Source: Octopus bimaculoides
Taxonomy: Eukaryota
NCBI RefSeq assembly: GCF_001194135.2
Contig: NC_068983.1
Coordinates: 71,984,140-72,048,139 of the forward strand
DNA length: 64,000 nucleotides
Direction: 5' to 3'
Each line of letters starts with the position of its first letter. Position 1 is the first letter of the stretch. Positions 62,106 to 64,000 of the stretch are shown piece by piece. The position numbers and the translations under genes were made by a program. Below the pieces are notes generated by a model. That model worked only from the letters and a program-made list of their open reading frames with translations. It was not told the DNA's origin and ran no database searches.

Positions 62106-63314
62106 GCACTACAAATGTGCACTGAATAGCAGTTCCTATGCATTTAGCAGTTTACAGTTTACAACCTTTTGCCATCTTGACCCTTTTCGAAAATTAAAAA
62201 CCGGTCATAACCCTTATGTTTTTTTTTTAATATTTAAATAAGATATATGGGGATGCTCTTAACATTTGATACTTTTCCTGAGAAAATATTCGTCATCATT
62301 TTTTTTTTTTCAGTAAATGTTATATTATAGGCATTGTAACTTTAGGTTATTGCCTAACATAATCATGAACATTTTATATTTTATCACATGTTTATAAAGA
62401 GAAAGATTTTCTCTTTGTAATTCTTTCAGGATTACACTTGTACTCAAATTCAGTGAAAGGAGCAATGCACATAGCCTTCACAAATACTGCAAGTCAGATT
62501 AGATTGATGTCATTAACATATTGCTTATACTATTGTGAGCTGATGACTACAGGAAAGATATTCAAGGAGGAAATTCCAAAAAGCCAGTACTCTAGGTCAA
62601 GTGGTTGGTGTAGGACTGGGGTGAGAAACTGGACACAACAAGTGAGGAGAGGGTGAGAGATGAGTGATTTGAAAGTGCCTGAGTAGAGGTGGCATGAGAC
62701 CAATGAGCTTTTAGGAGCAGAGGCTGTCTTAATAACTGTAGAAAAAACAGGAGATAGAGTAGATTTGTGAGTTGGAACCTAGGAAGTGTCTGGGTGTCTT
62801 TACTCTGGATGTGTGTGTAGCAGCAGCACCATTCAAGGTGTAGGAACAGTGCTCCATTGCAGGTTTTACCTGAACTACATTCTCTCAGAGAGAGGGGAGA
62901 GAGAGAGAGAGAGAGAGAGAGAGGTGCATGTGTGTGTGTGTACACATGCATGTGTGTGTGTTTGTGCATGTTAAGCCAAAAATAGAACCATGACATAAAA
63001 TAGACAAATGCCTCTCAAATCATCAAACCTGAACATCTTCAAAAAACAAAGAACATATTGGATGTTGTAGTTTTGAATTCATGACTGAAATAAGACAGGA
63101 TGGTCATAACTAAGATTGTAATTGATAATAGACCTGCTTAATCAAACCAGACCTAGGGCCAAACAACAACATGCATCTGTGTGTATGTGTACATACATAC
63201 ATACATACATACATACATAAATGTTTGTTTTTATGTCAAGTTATATATAAAAGCAATTTAACATTTAAAATAACACACAAAAGCCGTCAGATTCACTTCA
63301 ACATTTAAATTTAA

Positions 63315-63365
63315 TTTGTCAAAATATTTTCGTCACTTTGAGACCGCGACCTGTTCAATGACAAA
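63315..63365 (-). ncRNA. Minimal hammerhead-like motif with C8 variant core
   Basis: TTTGTCA-TTGAACA-G-GTCGC...GTGAC-GAA-AATATT-T|TGACAAA. Helix I is 7 bp. Confidence 0.5.
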
Positions 63366-64000
63366 ATTGTGCAGCACAATTTTGTCAGTGAATATTTGTG
63401 TTATTTTAAATGGCTTATAAACACCTTCCACACTGCAATTGTTTTCTTTCCAGCACACGATCTCAGATCAGGTTACTTGCTATGCAAGTACATCTCCACA
63501 ATTTAACATTAAACTAAAAGATTGCTCAATACTCTTTAGTAGAGTAACTGTTCATTAAATTTTAAAAGGGACAGGTTGACAGTGACTTTGAAATTTTGGC
63601 TAACTCATTGGACCCTAAAACAATTTTGAATGAATTTACCTGTTGTTTGATCAGATAGACTATTTATTTATTGCATTAGTGTGTAAACGGTTGAGTACTT
63701 CAAAGGCATGTGCATTCTTAATGGAATCTGCATGTAACAAAGCTAGCCCCTTGAATTACTTGTATAACCCATGAGATGAGCTTCTACACAGTGTTCATCT
63801 ACCCAATTTCACTCACAAGCCTCAATGTTCATCTACTCACAGTGTTCATCTACCCAACTTCACTCACAAGGTTACTGTATAAATTGTTTGCTGAAGATGC
63901 AATGCAGTGGGATTGAACTTGAAATCTCATCATTGCAAAGCAAGCTCCTTGACTACTTGACCATATTTGTATCCACACACACACATGTACATGTGTGTGT

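Noticed and set aside
62535-62575. CTGATGA...GAAA motif
   Set aside because: Helix II is too short and there is no helix I pairing; consistent with chance.

Overview
AT-rich, microsatellite-dense animal genomic scaffold with N gaps. The repeat families (tRNA-derived SINEs, RTE LINEs with (ATG)n tails) suggest a cephalopod, probably Octopus; this is inference. The only host gene I can support is TULP4 (tubby-related protein 4) on the minus strand, seen as two phase-compatible internal exons (36100-35863 and 29478-28307). Its WD40/SOCS exons and Tub-domain exons were not found, so most of the window is probably TULP4 intron. The rest is transposon debris: RTE, R4/Dong-like and CR1-like LINEs, a Gypsy 3' end with LTR, a mariner with TIRs, a Helitron deletion derivative with both termini, and several SINE families. 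The most striking unannotated signal is about ten loci carrying type I hammerhead-ribozyme-like folds from several distinct short repeat families. Many sit in palindromic (inverted-dimer) units of the kind associated with Penelope-like elements. Some have intact cores, and some show apparent compensatory changes at the 3-8 tertiary pair (U3-A8; G3-C8 inferred). All folds were made by eye and none has been tested.
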